Below, piece by piece: positions 49,690-62,145 of a stretch of 64,000 bases of DNA. The stretch lies in the NCBI GenBank assembly GCA_976551045.1, contig CDPCPM010000062.1, positions 1-64,000 of the forward strand, in the 5' to 3' direction. A model generated the notes under the pieces. It ran no database searches. It had not been told where the DNA came from and saw only the letters and a list, made by a program, of their open reading frames with translations. Every line of letters starts with the position of its first letter. Position 1 is the first letter of the stretch. The DNA is from Glaucostegus cemiculus (lineage: Eukaryota). A program made the translations under genes and the position numbers.

Positions 49690-49918
49690 CGCCACCTCCT
49701 ATTTCCTAAAATTTCTCACCTACTGCAACCCTGATGAAGGGAAATTGATTTTTGATTGGATTAACAGTGCATTCTAATGTGTCTGATACCTTGTATTGAG
49801 CTCTAGATAAATAACACTTACTGTTTTCCCGCAGTAAAGTCAGTGTTACCATTACAATCCATTGCCAAGTCACTCCAAATGTGTTCAGTTATTTATTGCC
49901 ACCTAACTGCACAGTTCT
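49690..49918. repeat. Right arm of the diverged inverted repeat
   Basis: ATTGATTTTTGATTGGATTAA...CTAATGTGTCTGATACCTTGTATTGAG...AACTGCACAGTTC. Confidence 0.85.
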
Positions 49919-50871
49919 CAGAGATCAAGATCCAATTTCAATGCACCACAAGGTGGAGTTTAGATAGGTTTCAGAATGTTTCAAGTGGGATTTAATGCAT
50001 TTTTTTTTAATAAGTCATTGTCATTGTAGACTCTTCTAATGCTCCATTTAAACTTGTCCTTGAAGAGCATCGCTAAAGGATCTTCATTGACTCTGGGAAT
50101 AATCCTTAGAGTAAATAAATAGACTGGGCTCTCAGTCTGATGGACAGTTTTTATTCTTTATGATCTGCATAAGTATGACACTGATATATCACCACAAAGC
50201 AACCACAGGTACTTTTTTATTAGGTGGATATAAATGGCTCCTTCACTGGCAATCTTATTGATGATTGACTCAAGTGAAAATAAAAGATTACACCTGTGCA
50301 TGTGAACGTATTTACTGCTGCCCATAGCATCACAGTTATGGTGCAGCTTCAATTAATAGCCTATTGAAGTGTCAAGTACTATTCACAGGTCAGCTGTGTG
50401 TATACTAAGAATCCCAAAACTCTAGTAGTTTGACCCGCAAAGAAAAAATTCATTGAATGAATTAACAGCTATTGAGGGTACAAAATATCTGAATTTACAA
50501 CTGAATATTTATATTTAAGAATTGTTCAGCACCCATAATTAAAGCTCTTTGATTTGACACTACCTGCCATCCTATGACAAACGCGATGATTTCTGTAACC
50601 TGCTGTGATAAGCATCCCCAAATAGCACAATATTTTAAAACTGTTTACATTCTATGAGACTATTTTAATTGGTGCTATTAATAAATTTTCCTGATAAGTT
50701 AAACCTTTTAAGATGTCATAAATAGTGCTGTCATTAATTGGATTAATGCACAGTATCCATTTATATTGTCAGTGCAATGCAGCTGCTGCAGAAATTTTTC
50801 CAAAGTGCCCATGCTGATAAAATAATGTGGCCAGAGTACTAATGTTAATGTACTAAAACTGTTGATCTTTT

Positions 50872-51362
50872 CAGAATCGAAATCAGATTTATTATCACTG
50901 TCTTATATGATGTGAAATGTGTTGTTTTGTGGCAGCAGTACAGTGCAAAGACATAAAATCTATAAATTACAAAATAAACAAATAGTGCAACAAAAAAGGA
51001 ACAGCAAAGCAGTGTTCATGGGTTCCTAGCACTGTTTAGAAATCTGATGGCGGAGGGGAAGAAGCTGTTCCTGAATCGTTGAGTGTGGGTCTTCAGGCTC
51101 CTGTACCTCCTCCCCGATGGTTGTATGAAGAAGAGGGCATGTCCCGGGTGGTGAGGGTCCTTAATGATGGATGCCTCTTGAAGATGTCTTCAATGGTGGG
51201 GAGGGTTGTGCCCGTGATGGAGCTGGCTGAGTCTACAACCCTCTGCAGCCTCTTGCCATCCTGCACATTGGAGCCTCCGTATCAGGCGGTGATGCAACCA
51301 GTCAGGATGCTCTCCACCGTACATCCGTAGAAATTTGCAAGAGTCTTTGGTGACATGCCAAA
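50872..51362 (-). mobile_element. Rex1/Babar-like family B 3' fragment
   Basis: Highly similar to 15801-16310. Confidence 0.85.
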
Positions 51363-51714
51363 TGATTGATTAATGATTGATGAAATAATATTGCCTGTGG
51401 AAAGACAAATATTACTTTTTAATGAAGCAAGAATGACCTAGGGGAAAACACACCTATGGGGTTGGCATTCATTGTGAGTAAAGAAATGGAAACCTTTACG
51501 TGTGTCTGAACAGAAATAAACTAATATTAAGTAATCAACCGTTGTTTCATGAAGGGCTGCTCTGGCTAAAATATTTTTTTCTTTGAGGATGTGACGAGGA
51601 AGCTAGAGAGGGATAAGGTAATAGATGTAATATATTCAGCTTCAGTAAAAGTAATAAAACATTTCCACCTTTGTGGAAAATTGGTAACTTGGCCATATGA
51701 AAGGCACGATATTG

Positions 51715-51920
51715 GGCGGCACGATAGCGTAGCGGTTAGCGCGACGCTGTTACAGCGCCAGTGATCTGGGTTCGATTCCCATCGCTGTCTGTAAGGAGTT
51801 TGTACGTTCTCCCGTGTCTGCGTGGGTTTCCTCCGGGTGCTCCGGTTTCCTCCCACATTCTGAAAGGCGTACGGGTAGGTTAATTTGGGGGTTTAAAATT
51901 GGCAGTGTGGACTCGGAGGG
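51715..51920 (+). mobile_element. Young V-domain tRNA SINE, 3' truncated
   Basis: TAGCGTAGCGG, GGTTCGATTCC, V core; ends in a (GAAA)n(GA)n tract. Confidence 0.9.
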
Positions 51921-51949
51921 CAGAAAGAAAGAAAGAGAGAGAGAGAGAG

Positions 51950-52350
51950 AGTGAAAAGCGTGTCTTGCATACCGTCCATACAGATCAATTCATTACACAG
52001 TGCATTGAGGTAGTACAGGGTAAAACAATAACAGAATACAGAGTAAAGTGTTACAGTTACAGAGAATGTACAGTGTAGGCAGACAATAAGGTGCAAGGTC
52101 ATAATGAGGTAGATTGTGAGATCAAGAACCCATCTTATGGTACTAAGGAACCAATCAATAGTCTTATAACAGCAGGATAGAAGCTGTTCTTGAACCTGGT
52201 GGTACGTGCTTTCAGGCTTTTGTATCTTGTGCCCAATGGGAGAGGAGAGAAGAGAGAACGTCCAGGGTGGGTGGGGTCTTTGATTTTGCTGGCTGCTTTA
52301 CTGAGGCAGCGAGAAGTGCAGACAGAGCATGGAGGGGAGGCTGGTTTCCG
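51950..52350 (-). mobile_element. Rex1/Babar-like family A 3' fragment
   Basis: Similar to 17140-17520 and to the reverse of 47070-47395. Confidence 0.8.
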
Positions 52351-52554
52351 TTAAATACTTCAAGTAAAAATTTGTGGAATAACCTCACAGTGGATGTTTA
52401 ACTCACTGACTAATAGAAACCAGAGGGTAGGCAGGGTAGTGATAGCAGATTATCACATCTGGGAAAAATGTTACCAAGTAGATCCCTCAGCAATCTGTTT
52501 GGGACATTTTGGTTAAACATACCAGGTCTATCTCTCTAGAAACTAAACTGAAAT

Positions 52555-53030
52555 AGCCATATACACAATGTGGCTACAAGAGCATGTCAGAGGCTGGGAA
52601 TCTGTGGCAAGTAACTCACATCCTAATTCTCCAAATCCTGTCCACCATCTACAAAGCTTAAGTCAGGAGTGCGATGGAATGCTCTCCATTTGCCAGGATG
52701 AGTGCAGCTTCAATGACATCCTAGAAGCTTGACACCAGACAGAACATAGCTGCCCGCTTGACAGGCACCCCATCCACAACCAGTCACTCACTCCACCCCC
52801 GACGCACAGTTTGTACCGCCTGCAGGATGCACTGTGACAGCTCACCAAGACCTCTTGTTCAGCTCCTTCAAACCCACCACCTCTACCAGCTAGAAGAATA
52901 AGGGCAGCAAAAGCACGGGGGATACCATCCCCTGGAAGTTGCCCTCCAAGCTACACACCATCCCAACTTGGAAACACATCGCCATTCCTTCACCGTCACT
53001 GTGACAAAAACCTGGAACTCTCTGCCTGTC
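52555..53030 (+). mobile_element. LINE ORF2 C-terminal relic (CR1/L2 group)
   Basis: Degraded ...ILWQVTHILILQILSTIYKA*VRSAMECSPFARMSAAS...KLDTRQN... Confidence 0.65.
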
Positions 53031-53695
53031 CTGGTCAAGTCATGTAGATGCCACAGCCAATAAAGCTCACCAGTGCCTCTACTTCCTCAGGAGGCTAAAG
53101 AAATTTGGTTTGTCCCCTTTGACTCTCACAAACTTTTACTGATGCGCCACAGAAAGCATCCTATCTGGATGTATCATGGCTTGGTATGGCAACTGCTCTG
53201 CCCAGGACCGCAAGAAACTGCAGAGAGTTGTGGACACAGCTCAGTGCATCACGGACACCAGCCTCCCCTCCTTGGACTCTGTCTTTACCTTTCGTTGTCT
53301 TGGTGAAGCAGCCAGCATAATCAAAGACCCTTCCCACCTCAGACATTCTCCCTTCTCTCCTCTTCCATCTGGTAGAAGATACAGGAGCCTGAGGGCACGT
53401 ACCACCAGACTTAAGGACAGCTTCCACCCCACTGTGATAAGGCTATTGAACGGTTCCCTTATACAATGAATGGCCTCTCACCTCACAATCTACCTTGTTG
53501 TGGCCTTGCACCTTATTGCACTGCATTTTCTCTGTAGCTGTGACACTCTGTACTGTTACTGTTCTTAACTGTACTACATCAGTGCACTTTGTATTAACCC
53601 AATGGAACTGCACTGTGTAATGAATTGACCTGTACAATTGGTGTGCAAGACAAGTTTTTCACTGGACCTCGGTACAAGTGACAATAATAAACCAG
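53030..53695 (+). mobile_element. Rex1/Babar-like family A 3' fragment
   Basis: MAWYGNCSAQDRKKLQRVV...IRLLNGSLIQ; AATAATAAACC tail. Confidence 0.9.
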
Positions 53696-53773
53696 TTTAC
53701 CTATACTTATTGACAGAATTTGATTGCTAAAATTAGTCAGTAATCCCATCGCTTTTGTACCCTGCATCAATGA

Positions 53774-54130
53774 GGGTGGTGCGGTGGCACAGCTAGTCCA
53801 GCTGCCGCCTCATAACTCCAGCAACCCCAGTTCAATCTGACCTCTGGTGCTGTCTGTGTAGAGTTCGCACGTTCTCCGTGCATTTCCTCTAGGGTGCTCT
53901 GGTTTCCTCCCACATCCCAACGGCTTGCGGGTGGGAAGGTCAATTGGCCATTCTGAAGGTGCGTGACAGAACCTGGAAGGAGTTCACAAGATCACAAGAC
54001 AAGGGAGCAGAAGTAGGCCATTCAGGAATGGGGAGAGAAAATGAAGGGTGACAAAATAGACTGAATGAGGGCTTGATGGTTGGTACGGACTCAATAGGCC
54101 AAAAGGCCTGCCTCCTGTATGTCTCTATGG
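53774..54130 (+). mobile_element. Older V-domain tRNA SINE (HE1-like)
   Basis: TGGCACAGCTAG (A box-like), AGTTCAATC (B box-like), GGGTGCTCTGGTTTCCTCCCACATCCC core, CR1-like GGCCAAAAGGCCTG tail. Confidence 0.7.
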
Positions 54131-54524
54131 CCATGTGACAATGGTGGAAGGTGAACCACCTCTATTTGTTCTGCAGTTTCCTGTATTCCTATGGAATGTA
54201 GCTGCCCCAGTGTACTAACTTTTGCATGGAATACCACTTAATATATATAGCAGCACCAAGGCAATCTGACAGGAAGTCCCCAAGACCCTTCCTGAACTGG
54301 AAGGAAACTTTTGAGAAGTATTTACTCTTCTAAGAGAGCAATTTATTGGTATGTTAAAGACTATCAGTCCTCTCTTGAGATCATGTGAAGCTTTTTAAAG
54401 GGAAGTATGTTTGTGTGTGCCCAGGAACTTAAGGCAGACATGCCCCTTGATATGAAGGTGGGGACAATGGAAAGTCCAATGAAATTAAAAGCTCTGTGAA
54501 AATTGTTTGGTCATGGCATACAGG

Positions 54525-55290
54525 AGGCTTACAGGAGTGAGGTAGATCAGCTGGTTAAGTAGTGTTGAAACAACAACCTCGTACTCAGTATCAGCAAGGC
54601 CAAGGAACTGATTGTGGACTTCAAGGAGAGGAAGTCAGGAGAACACACACCGGTCCTCATTGAGGTGTCAGCAGTGGAAAGGGTGAGCAGCTTCAAGTTC
54701 CTGGGCGTCAACATCTCAGAGGATCTATCCAGGGCCCAACACATTGATGCAATCATGAAGAAGTCATGCCAGTGGCTCAACTTCATTAGGAGTTTGAGGA
54801 GATTCGGTATGTTTGCAAATTTCTATCGATGTACGGTGGAGAGCATTCTGACTGATTGCTTCGCTGCCTGGCATGGAGGCTCCAATGAACAGGATTGCAA
54901 GAGGCTGCAGAGGGTTGTAGACTCAACCAGCTCCATCACGGGCACAACCCTCCCCACCATCGAGGACATCTTCAAGAGGCAGTGCCTCAAGAAGGCAGCA
55001 TCCATCACTAAGGACCTACACCACTCGGGACATGCCCTCTTCTTGTTACCACCATCAGGACAGAGGTGCAGAAGCCTAAAGACCCACACTCAGTGATTCA
55101 GGAACAGCTTCTTCCCCTCCGCCATCAGATTTCTGAACAGTCCATGAACACTGCATCATTATTCCTTTTTTTGCACTATTTATTTATTTTTGTAATTTAT
55201 AGATTTTTATGTCTTGCACTGTACTGCTGCTGCAAAACTACAAACTTCACCTCATACATCACTGATAGTAGATCTGATTCTGATTCAGAA
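54525..55290 (+). mobile_element. Rex1/Babar-like family B 3' fragment
   Basis: ORF 54614-55096 VERVSSFKFLGVNISEDL...FYRCTVESILT...LQRVV; GATTCTGATTC tail. Confidence 0.9.
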
Positions 55291-55690
55291 ATGCTTGATC
55301 CTTCAATTCCTTAGAATTTTGGACCTTTGATTTCGTACTAACAAAAGGGATAGTCAGGGCATTGCCAGTTTCTTCTGTGCAGAAGTGTTAAAATGTTATG
55401 TTAGCTTTGTACCCCAGCAGGAGTGCAGTAGCTATCAGCTGTTCGGTACATTGTCCGTGCCCGCACAGCCTTTACTCAGTGGAGCAGAAAAGCGCCTGAA
55501 GACCCAGACCTTGGATCTGGCACAAAACACAAAAGCAAAGCCAGCACATATCTGCTTCTGAGACCCGGACTACAGCAGCAGGCACCCCTAAGTTCCATGG
55601 AAGTACAAGCAAATCATTGTCCTCTCCCAGGCCAGGATCCCCACACCAAGGCAGCTGCATTGAGCATCCGCATGCCCGGTTGGAGATTCC

Positions 55691-56337
55691 ATAGGACTTT
55701 CCGAGTCCATAGGACGCTCAAGGCGGCTGCGCAGGTTGACTCTGTGGTTAAGAAGGCATATGGTGTATTGTCCTTCATCAGTCGCGGGATTGAACCTAGG
55801 AGCTGGGAGGCATTGCTTCAGTTATATAGGTCTCCACTTGGAGTATTGTGCCCAGTTCTGGTCACCTCACTACAGGAAAGATGTGGAAGCCATTGAGAGG
55901 GTGCAGAGGAGGTTTACGAGGATGCTGCCTGGAATGCGGAGCATGCCTTATGAGAGCAGGTTGCGGGAGCTCAGCCTTTTCTCCTTGGAGAGAAGGAGGA
56001 TGAGGGGGGACCTGATAGAGGTATATAAGCTGATGAGGGGTATTGATCGGGTAGATAGTCAGAGGCTTTTCCCCAGGGCTGAAATGGTGGCCACAAGAGG
56101 ACACAGGTTTAAGGTGCTGGGGAGCAGATATAGAGGAGATGTCAGGGGAAAGTTTTTTACTCAGAGAGTGGTGAGTGCGTGGAATGGGCTGCCAGAGATG
56201 GTGGTGGACATGGAGCTAAGTAAGATAGAGGGCTATGGGAATGCCCAGTAATTTCTAGGGTAGGGACATGCTCGGCACAACTTTGTGGGCCGAAGAGCCT
56301 GAATTGTGCTGTGGTTTTTCTATGTTCTATGTTCTAT
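55691..56337 (+). mobile_element. Young CR1 3' fragment
   Basis: HLEYCAQFWSPHYRKDVEAIERVQRRFTRML...; (CTATGTT)n tail; GATTCC flanks both sides (55685, 56338). Confidence 0.9.
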
Positions 56338-56485
56338 GATTCCTGAAACAGACGTCCTATTCCATGTTCTATCACAGAAGGGATTACCGAGTACGTAGAG
56401 GGAAGGATTCAACAATGTGCTCAAAGCTTCCTTCCAGCACCTCCACTGACTCTTGGGAATCTCTGACCCATGGCTGCTCAAAGTG

Positions 56486-57225
56486 GTATTGGTATTGGTT
56501 TATTATTGTCACTTGTACCAAGCTAGAGTGAAAAGCTTGTCTTACAAACCGATCATACAGGTCAATTCATTACACAGTGCAGTTACATAGTTAGAACAAA
56601 GTGCATTGAAGTAGTACAGTAAAAACAGTAACAGTACAGAATAAAGTGTCACAGCTACAGAGAAAGTGCAGTGCAATAAGGTGCAAGGTCACATAAGGTA
56701 GAATGTGAGGTCACATGTATAAGAGTACCGTTGAATAGTCTTATCACAGCAGGGAAGGAGCTGTCTTTAAGTCTGGTGGTGCGTGCCCTCAGACACCTGT
56801 ATCTTCTACCCGATGGAAGAGGAGAGAAGAGAGAATGTCTCGGATGAGTGGGGTCTTTGATTATGCTGGCTGCTACACCAAGACAACGAGAGGTAAAGAT
56901 AGAGTCCAAGGAGGGAGGCTGGTGTCTGTGATGAGCTGGGCTGTGTCCACAACTCTCTGCAGCTTTTTGTGGTCCTGGACAGAGCAGTTGCCATACCAAG
57001 ACATGATACAACCAGATAGGATGCTTTCTATGGTGCATTGGTAAAAGCTGGTGAGAGTCAAAGGGGACATACCAAATTTCTTCAGCCTCCTGAGGAAGTA
57101 GAGGCGCCATTGAGCTTTCTTGACTGTGGCATCTACGTGGTTGGACCAGGACAGGCTGTTGGTGATGTTCACACCTAGGAACTTGAAGCTCTCCACCCTC
57201 TCGAACCTAGCACCATTGATGCAGT
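56486..57225 (-). mobile_element. Rex1/Babar-like family A 3' fragment
   Basis: ERVESFKFLGVNITNSLSWSNHVD...YFLRRLKKFG...WYGNCSVQD; (ATACCA)n tail. Confidence 0.9.
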
Positions 57226-57651
57226 GTGGAAGGTGTTGAAAACCTCGAGTCCATGCATCAGGAGCCGACAGAAACCCCGTATAAGTACCAGAAGGAGCAC
57301 AATGCCTCACAAACTACCCACTCTGTGAGAACCACATTGGTCTCATCAGTTGGTCTCATCATCAAGCAGAAATGTCAACAGTGTCACATTAAAAATAAAT
57401 CATGGCATTACCAGTTTCTTCTGCACATAAGTATTAACATGTGTTTTAGCTTTGTACCACTGCCAGTCATCTTCAACACCAAGGGGCTGACGCAGAAGGA
57501 AAAGGAGAAAATTGACAATGAAACTGGGCTTTGTGGAGTCAGTTTCTTTGGTGCTGTAGAAGTTATTTGATTACGGTTTTGTCTGAGTTGGAAGTGCACA
57601 TTATTAGCACAACTCATTGTGCTCACCACATTGGATAGCATGGTATTGTGT

Positions 57652-58002
57652 AAATAGAGTAATACAGCACGGAAACAGGCCCTTCAGCCCAACTGGTCCA
57701 TGCCAACCACAGCATCCTCCCTGCTAGTCCCAGTTCTCCACAGTTGGCCCATAGCCCTCCAAGCCCCTCCCCCCACATGCCTAGCCAGATGCCTCTGAAA
57801 TGTTGCAGTTGTACCCATCTCAACCACTTCCTCTGGCAGCTCATTCCAGGTACTCGCCACCCTCTGTGTAAAGGAGTTACTTCTCAGGTCTCTTCTAAAT
57901 CTCTCCCCTCTTGTATCTGTGTCCCCTAGTTTTAGACTCCCCAACTCTGGGGATAAGACTATGAACCTTATCCATACCCCTTATGATCTTATAAACTTCT
58001 GT
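57652..58002 (-). mobile_element. CR1 3' fragment
   Basis: TEVYKIIRGMDKV, FTQRVASTWNELPEEVV. Confidence 0.85.
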
Positions 58003-61000
58003 GAGGTTTGGAATGATGGAAGGATGAAAATTAGGCAGATAGTGACAGTAGTTCCTTGTGATCTTAATTTGACACAAACCCATCTTAAATGGGCCACAGT
58101 GATCCAGCTAATGTCATGTGGCAGCTTGGAAACCTGACATTTAGCAGCAGTCCATCCCCTGTACCAATTCCCTGCCAACCTTGGTTATTTAAAGGATCTC
58201 AATAGCCTTCCATATGGTCTGTGGTTGAGTTGAAACTTGGTCCGTTCAAGCAGACTTTTGTTGTGTGTTCGAGTGAGGAAGTAACATGCTGCTGACTACA
58301 TAGAGATGCTGTGCTGTGGCGGAGCTTGAGATTCCCAGTTATCTCTTAAGTCATTGCTATTCCTTGAGATGGAAGGTGCATTGATGATCATTTTGCTGAT
58401 CGGGAGAAGGGGGAGTGGTGGAGATCCTTGAATCAGGACCACAGGAAATGATTGAGCCGAGCCCAGGCTTGCTGCTGGCTGCTGACCTGCCACTGTGCCT
58501 GTCTGATTGCCACTATGCCTTTTTTGCCTGTGAACTCAGATCAGATGTGACAATCCAATGAATTTAAGCATAATACTGATCAGAAGAAAAGGAACCAATA
58601 AAGATTCCCCTGGTAACTGACTAGGGAAGAGCCCAGTACTGAACCCCCGCCTGCCATGCTGAATGTGTAAAGAAGTCCTCTTCACCAATGTCAGTCAGAA
58701 GGTCAAATCCCCCTGATTGAGATTTAGCACGTGGATAGAATGAGTCCCCGTCTGGTCAGTATGGAATCTTCTTGGAGTTGGACTGCTTGTGAATACAGTT
58801 CATAACAATTAGTATGTTCCATTCAACCAAAAGGCTGGCAGGGGACCAACAATCAACAAGCACTGTGAGGGAACATTGAAACAAACTTTGAAGGGAGTTC
58901 AAGAAAGCATGAAACTGTTGTAACAGGTGATGTCTTTGCAGTTAGATCAACTAATGTCTTAAGACTTGTAGTGAAACCTCTTGTAGCAGCATGGGTCGTG
59001 GATAACCATAAACCAGCTTCAAGCATTAGTTTCACTTTTTTTTCCCCAAGCAGTCTGAAATAAGATGTTAACAACAATCTCGTCAGTCACACAGAAGAGT
59101 GACACAGTAATTGGGGATGACAATTTACAAATCTACGCTGGTGCTGAAACTGCTGTAACTGCTGCATTGACAACATTAACCACAAGAACTTGCAGCATCA
59201 GATATTTCATTGGTTGTCTCACTGAGCATGTGAGAACAGGATTTAAGGCAGAGTGAGGGAGATCAAGGAGATGTGTATGGAGGTCTATAAGGATGGTGAA
59301 GGAGGTTCCGGAGATTTGGCTGAGGTGGCTGAAGCTTTTGTCACTCCTGGTAGGATAAAGGATGACGAGGAGCTGGATAATATACCAAGGTCAGAAGACC
59401 ATACGTTATGTGGTTAGGATGTAAGATTGGAAAAAGTTAGGATTAAGACAAGGAGAACCTGAAGATACGGACAAGAATTTTAAATATTTTGAGTTAGCAG
59501 TTGTGCCGACAAAGATAGGGAAAATATGAATGGACTGAACTTGGATAATGAGCTCAGGACGGTTGGACAAATGGGAGATTACTGAGGAGGACATTGCGGA
59601 AATCGAATCTTCTGGTGACACAAAAAAAACCTCAGCATCAAAAGTAGGCGTTGCAGAAAGAAAAATAAATGTTCTTTCTTCCACCTCTGTTCAAAACCTG
59701 GTTTATTATGATAACATTTCTGTATTTCTACATGTGTTGACATGTGGAACAGCACATCCCACTGCATATGGCATCAGCACCCACTGATTCATCAAGGAAT
59801 CTCATTACTTGATGTTTTAAATAAAATATTCTTTTCTCTCAATAGATTGTCAGCTGCTACCTTAAAATTACAGAATAACTGGGTAGAACATACTGTACAC
59901 AGGATAAAGAGCCCCTGTGTTTAAAAAGCACTGTGTAATTTTCACATTCATATCATAGAACGGGCACAAGAATAAACCTGTAATTTTAGCCTTCTGATCT
60001 CACTCATCCATTCTGTTTAATTATAAGCGCCGCCAGTCTGCTCAACTGGTGCAGCCTGCTTATTACTACAATCAATTGCTACGCTGCTGCTCAGTAAAAG
60101 TCATTGCATTGTATCAAAATAAGCATGCTGTACACATTGTGCAATTGGTTATCATTCTATTTCAAATTAAAGGGGAAGGTAACCTTTCCACATTGTGAAG
60201 CCTCTGTCTTTCCTGCACCAAATAGCAGTTCCTTTAGTTTTTCTGCCCTATGCCATGGCTTGGCGGAACGCTTTAAACATATTTTGTAATGCGTTGAATG
60301 TTAAACAGAAACTATACTTGATGCAGCTGTTTCTAAATATGCCTGCAAATCTGCCTGCAATGATTACAGTTTAGCATGGTCATTTCTTCTTGCTGATCTA
60401 TTTAATTTTCCGAACAAGCATGGTACACTGATGCAACATCAACTTCAAGAATTTGTTGTCTTTATTCCAAATGAAGTGATGTAGTTGCCTCCACTTCTGT
60501 TGTTTTCTCCTCTTTTAATTCTCATCCAGCTCTGGTTAAATGAATCGGTTTGTGAGCCTCTTTTCTGGCAGTTTGTACTTACGCTATGTTTTAAAAGCTT
60601 TTTTAGGTAATTTTCTTGCTGAGCTATTTTTACTTCAAATTTAAACTTTAGGTGTTGATTATTACATCTTCTTTGCAATGAATGTAAGTTGAATACATGT
60701 TTACTTCATAATAACTGCATTATTAAAGAAGTACACATGTACATATGTCAGCCTGGTACTGATTAATGTTGCTATAATTTAGCATTCAAATCGTAAGCCC
60801 AAGGCTAATGATGTTTAATTTTTTTTTTCATATTGACAAAAATTAGACTATTTGTTAACCAGTTTGTAAATCTAGAGTCTAGAAATTACTGTTGACAATA
60901 TTACCAAATGAATCGTTAGTGCACATTTATGAAGATCTCCTGTCAACGATTTTAGGCAACAAGATAAATGATTCAAAATAAACAGCTGTTCATATCTTCA

Positions 61001-62145
61001 TCAGATTTCATTGTACTGAGCTTCTGCTAATACTCCAAGCAGTAATTTATGTACTCAATTATCTAACTTGTTGGAAATGTCTGGTCTAGTTTACCAAGGC
61101 AATTGATAAGAATTAAAACTTCATTTGAATCTCACACCTATTTGAGTCATGCTGTAACTTTTGTCTTTTTATACAGTGTATGTTTTCATACTCGTTTTCT
61201 TTCCTTCATAACCCTTTCCTGAGAGACACAGTAAGGCTATAGGTGGGCTGTACATCAATGAGCAGACGACCTCAACGTGTGAGTGAAGGCAGTTTTTCGT
61301 TCTTAAGTGAAGGTGAAACCTTTCTAGCAGCCTTGTGACTTTGGGATTCAAACCCAGAATCCACTGATAGTGTTTCACAAATTACTCGTAACTAGTCATT
61401 TTCTGTTAGAATAATGAAGTCAGAATAGTTCCAAATTGGATCTAGCTCTAAAGTGGTAACAACTATTTGATGCTAAAGCTGTCACGTATAAGATTTATTG
61501 TATTGTCATTTTAGAAATTTCTTTCCTGACTAACATAATAAAATAATTTGGAGAAAAATTGCACGAGTAAATGTGATACATTTGGAAAATTTAGTCATAG
61601 TGCATGATTTTCTGACCATTTACCAGAAAGATTGGAAGATTGCATATAATACTGACAAAAAATGTTAATGCATGCTGCTGATGGGCATGGCTCTCTGCCA
61701 GAAGTATGGGATTACTCCTCATAATGTCCCCAAACTTCAGAGGAAATTGTGGGTAAAATAAGGAACATGATACAGAGAAAAAAAAAAATCACAGCCCCCT
61801 GAATAAAAACTTGTGCTGATCACACTTGTTTTAAACTCTTCAGGCTTTTTAATTGACTAACCAATTAAAAAAAGAACCAGCCGCTTGTAAAGAATTATTG
61901 TGCCGTTGGCCAACCTATCATGTGTTTTTGTGAATTCAGTTATCATAACCTTGTCAGGTGCCTGGTTGAGGAGGAACAGCCAAGTTGAGGGAGCTGGGTT
62001 AATCAAGAGTGCAGAATTGATTGTGGTATTTTTTTTGTGTGCTACGAGGTTCAAATGGCATCCACAATATACTTGCACACGTGCCTGCAGTGTGAACCGG
62101 TTGCCCTCAGTATGATCATATTTGTAGGTTCCCTTCTATTATGGT

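Larger units (their letters stand above)
55430..57362 (+). mobile_element. RTE-clade LINE 3' relic split by two younger insertions
   Basis: Pieces at 55430-55690 (VLSQARIP, IRMP), 56340-56486 (LKQTSYS, FNNVLKAS, TDSWESL..KW) and 57226-57362 (EGVENLES, HIGLIS) resemble the RTE ORF C-terminus in order. Confidence 0.6.

Noticed and set aside
49732-49745. Hammerhead core CTGATGA-AGG-GAAA
   Set aside because: No room for helix II between the motifs, and the opposite arm of the inverted repeat lacks it.
51715-51790. tRNA gene (also at 10520-10592 and 45250-45319)
   Set aside because: A and B boxes are followed by the V-SINE core and LINE-like tail, in multiple copies; these are SINE heads.
58200-58500. 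Second Harbinger fragment (VTCC*LH)
   Set aside because: Only one short degenerate motif; insufficient support.
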